A stretch of 32,000 nucleotides of DNA, from positions 4,867-36,866 of the forward strand of contig CAMJRB010000001.1 of NCBI GenBank assembly GCA_946408175.1, written 5' to 3'. Positions within the stretch are counted from its first letter, which is position 1. The number at the start of each line of letters is the position of its first letter. The position numbers and the translations under genes were made by a program. Of the stretch, positions 29,299 through 32,000 are shown piece after piece. Under the pieces are notes generated by a model that saw only the letters and a program-made list of their open reading frames with translations, ran no database searches and was not told the DNA's origin. This DNA comes from an uncultured Holosporaceae bacterium. GTDB taxonomy: Bacteria; Pseudomonadota; Alphaproteobacteria; RUG11792.

Positions 29299-31620
29299 TT
29301 ATTTTAATAATTCGTATTGAAACATCTTCTCAGTAATATGTTTTTTATAATAATCTTTTAATTTACAACGTAATGTTTGTAATGATCCATTAAGTTCTGG
29401 ATAATTATAACTATACTTGCTATTTTTATTATTTGTTGTCACATCAGTTTGTATATACTTAGTATTGAGCTCTTTAGTAATTTGATATACTCCATAAGTA
29501 CATTTTGGATTGTACTCTTTTGTGTCTTTGGCTTCTTTTAGAATTGTGGTCCAAAGAGCAATTAACTCCTCGTCATCACTGGTCAACTGCATTTGTTTTA
29601 AAGTATTAGAAGCTAATGTATTAGTATCAAAACATAGTTCATTACGATAAAATCTATTATTAGAACCTTCAAAAGACAAACATTTATTTTGATTAGAAAG
29701 ACAAGTATATATAAAACAGCATTTTAAAAAATCACTATCCTTAGTATACGCATTGCCTCCATCTGCAGTGGTAGCATAAACATCCTTTTCATACCAATTG
29801 TCCAATGGTATATATTTAGCAACCCACAATGGTAATTTCTCCAAAAAATTGTCAGAACGTAAAAAAAAGCCATTTCCATCATATTCAGCACATCTTAGTA
29901 AGTGACGAGAGAGTGGAGTACAATTAAAAGAAGATGCTCTTATATATCCTATAATATTTTCATTATATATTTTTTTTACTCTTATACCAGTCGTATCTCG
30001 TCTCTCTTCTCCACTGAAATCACAACAAATACCATCTTCGCTATCTGTGTCAAAACTTCTTTTATCATATAGAGATTGACTAAAAAGCGAATAACATTTT
30101 TTTATTATACAATTTACTTTCAGGTCATCAATTTTATTATCAATAATGTCAAAACAATTCAGTTGTATTTCTGTATAATTATCATCTTCATTTTGCCATA
30201 AAATACAAGATACAGCAGATGGAGTAGCATGAAAATGTTGTCTGTTGCATAAAAATCCATCAATAAATTTTTTATTTGATAGATTACACCATTTAAAATA
30301 TTTTACTGGACTGAATAAAACATAACTATCATATTTTTTTCTTAAATAATATTGCCAACCAGACCATATAAATAAATTAGCTAAATCGTTACCTGCTGTT
30401 CCGTTTATGTTATTTGTTCTATTTTCTGCCTTTTTGAATTCCTGAGCAATATAACAATTTCCTTTTCTTTTAACATTTTTTGAATTATCAACAGTCATAT
30501 CTCGAAAAGGTGGATTTTCAAATAATATTACAGTACAGTTTGGATCATCTATATACTGTTTGATTATCTTATTTTCTAGGAATTCTTTACTTAATGCATC
30601 AGCGTTTAGCACTATGCCATTTCCATACTCAACATGCTGTTCAGTTGGAGGAATAATATCTCTAACTAAATCTCCTATTCTTTCACTTAATACTTTATAC
30701 TCATAATATTCATAAGTTGATACAATACAATGTGATATTAAATCATCACCATTTTTATCCTTTAGCCCTATTAATGCCTCTTCAAGATTTCCAGTTCCTG
30801 CGCATCTGTCAAGAATAATATAATCATTTGGCGTTCCATCATTACCATTTGGAATATTATTAACAGCCCTTAAAACAAGTTCAGCTGCCTTTTTAGCATA
30901 AGGCATGGGAGTATAAAATGCTCCCAAATCTTTTTTAGATAATCTATCATTAAGACAGTCCATAAGATATTTAAATTTCTCATTTGTCTTCTGTGTATAT
31001 GGACGAATATAATTTTTGAAATGTTTGGGTTCTCTAATTTCTCCAGTGATTTGTATTTGTGTTCCATTATTATCTCCTAGAAAATCCCCCTTACTAGCAT
31101 TTGGTTTTTCTGTGTAATACCTTTTTGCCCAACCAATAATACAATTCTCATCAATGTCTATCGGCATATACATCTCTTGTTCAGGTTTTTGTCCTTTGAG
31201 AATTTTCTTTATTGCTGAAGCATGCAAATCTTTTGAATAATTAAATATTGCAGGTTCTTCAGTAATACTACTAGGAATAAAACCCTTATTATTCTTAGAA
31301 GCTGCACCGATGTAAACTTTATGTATATCATTAAAGTAATCTTGAGATTTATACAAATATATTGTTGTATTATTTAGATCGATTAATAAAATATTAGCTG
31401 GAACAGATTCTCCTTTGATTCTCATTTTAGATAAATACTTAATTGCTTGAAATAATACTGCAGATGGATTTGAAATAGTGAGTTTAAATTCGAATAAGTT
31501 TCCATTATATACACCATCAGTATTATCAATAAGTACATTATTATCTTGATAAGGAATACCATAGTTTTCAAAAAATGCTATTTGTCCTTCTCGTTCAGAT
31601 TTATATATTATCTTTTCCAT
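29299..31620 (-). CDS. Putative single-chain Type IIL/IIG (MmeI-like) restriction-modification enzyme: N-terminal PD-ExK-like nuclease motif, gamma-class N6-adenine DNA methyltransferase, and a C-terminal putative target-recognition region
   Basis: 773 aa. Residues 35-46 read D-GVYNGNLF-E-F-K and are followed by FQAIKY. Methyltransferase motif X is LGAFYTP (232-238), motif I is ILDRCAGTGN (269-278), and motif IV is FENPPF (367-372). About 300 aa of C-terminal sequence carry no motif I recognise. Confidence 0.7.
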   Translation of the reverse strand: MEKIIYKSEREGQIAFFENYGIPYQDNNVLIDNTDGVYNGNLFEFKLTISNPSAVLFQAIKYLSKMRIKGESVPANILLIDLNNTTIYLYKSQDYFNDIHKVYIGAASKNNKGFIPSSITEEPAIFNYSKDLHASAIKKILKGQKPEQEMYMPIDIDENCIIGWAKRYYTEKPNASKGDFLGDNNGTQIQITGEIREPKHFKNYIRPYTQKTNEKFKYLMDCLNDRLSKKDLGAFYTPMPYAKKAAELVLRAVNNIPNGNDGTPNDYIILDRCAGTGNLEEALIGLKDKNGDDLISHCIVSTYEYYEYKVLSERIGDLVRDIIPPTEQHVEYGNGIVLNADALSKEFLENKIIKQYIDDPNCTVILFENPPFRDMTVDNSKNVKRKGNCYIAQEFKKAENRTNNINGTAGNDLANLFIWSGWQYYLRKKYDSYVLFSPVKYFKWCNLSNKKFIDGFLCNRQHFHATPSAVSCILWQNEDDNYTEIQLNCFDIIDNKIDDLKVNCIIKKCYSLFSQSLYDKRSFDTDSEDGICCDFSGEERRDTTGIRVKKIYNENIIGYIRASSFNCTPLSRHLLRCAEYDGNGFFLRSDNFLEKLPLWVAKYIPLDNWYEKDVYATTADGGNAYTKDSDFLKCCFIYTCLSNQNKCLSFEGSNNRFYRNELCFDTNTLASNTLKQMQLTSDDEELIALWTTILKEAKDTKEYNPKCTYGVYQITKELNTKYIQTDVTTNNKNSKYSYNYPELNGSLQTLRCKLKDYYKKHITEKMFQYELLK

Positions 31621-31907
31621 TTTACTCTTTCTCCATTACTGTTTAGATATTGTTTTTTACTTAATATAAAACTACTAATATTTGTCAGCCAATACAAATT
31701 ATTATTAAATTGTAAGGTTGCACATAAACATGTAAATAATTTGCTGATACCTTTCATTAAATAAAATAAAAATAATTTTTTAATACAGTAAATTAAAACT
31801 TTACAAAAGAATATACAAATATTATTTGTAATATTAAAAATGTTTATTGATAATAATTGAAGTTTTAGAGTTTTTATATTTAAAATTACTTGAGAATTAT
31901 TTTCGTA

Positions 31908-31914
31908 GGGGGGG
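31908..31914. repeat. G7 homopolymer tract (C7 on the minus strand)
   Basis: GGGGGGG within tttcgtagggggggtaatat. It is the only long G/C homopolymer I saw in this very AT-rich window, and it lies ~290 nt upstream of the 773-aa ORF start. Confidence 0.9.
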
Positions 31915-32000
31915 TAATATACTATTATTTATTTTGTAGTTAAGATTTATTAAATGTAGAATACTTGAATTTACAAAAACCATTTTAAGTAAAATACTAA

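Noticed and set aside
30870-31067. 65-aa minus-strand ORF nested out of frame inside the 773-aa methyltransferase-nuclease ORF.
   Set aside because: It sits in an alternative frame of a well-supported long ORF and has no RBS or recognisable motif. It is most likely a chance ORF.
31861-31900. The sequence GTTTTAGAG..., reminiscent of the 5' end of type II CRISPR repeats.
   Set aside because: It occurs only once. There is no repeat-spacer periodicity anywhere in the flanking 380 nt and no cas genes in the window.
1-32000. Possible alternative genetic code (TGA read as Trp), as in some reduced genomes.
   Set aside because: All conserved genes give full-length products of the expected size under the standard code, with Trp at TGG (for example the S14 C-terminal W and the S7 C-terminal W). 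No conserved gene is interrupted by in-frame TGA.

Overview
This window is very AT-rich (roughly a quarter to 30% G+C by eye) and uses the standard genetic code. It looks like part of a reduced genome from an obligate intracellular alphaproteobacterium of Rickettsiales or Holosporales type. That placement rests on three things: the F0 ATP synthase gene order a-c-b'-b, the secY-adk-rpsM-rpsK-rpoA-rplQ arrangement lacking infA, rpmJ and rpsD, and Asn/Lys/Ile-rich proteins. No species can be assigned from the sequence alone. The core, 7324-25138 on the minus strand, is one uninterrupted str-S10-spc-alpha ribosomal cluster of 31 genes running rpsL-rpsG-fusA-tuf-rpsJ...rplO-secY-adk-rpsM-rpsK-rpoA-rplQ. 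Many junctions overlap by 1-4 nt and there is almost no leader or spacer DNA. The left flank holds the F0 ATP synthase operon (atpB-atpE-b'-b), murE, a 416-aa secreted orphan protein and a BamE-type lipoprotein. The right flank holds an M15-family cell-wall peptidase, a tRNA-Pro, rlpA, an M16 (mitochondrial-processing-peptidase-like) protease and a 773-aa fusion protein. That fusion protein is the most interesting item. It has an N-terminal D-x8-E-x-K...QAxxY nuclease-like motif, a gamma-class N6-adenine methyltransferase core (FYTP / DRCAGTGN / NPPF) and a long C-terminal region. This is the layout of a single-chain MmeI-like Type IIL/IIG restriction-modification enzyme. It sits alone between long ORF-free AT-rich spacers, and a G7 homopolymer lies upstream. 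Other points worth a second look are a tRNA-Pro that by hand folding carries an AGG (A34) anticodon, a ~43-aa Asn/Ile-rich insertion in MurE, and unusually long noncoding spacers outside the ribosomal cluster. All product calls come from reading the translated ORFs for family motifs. No database search was run.
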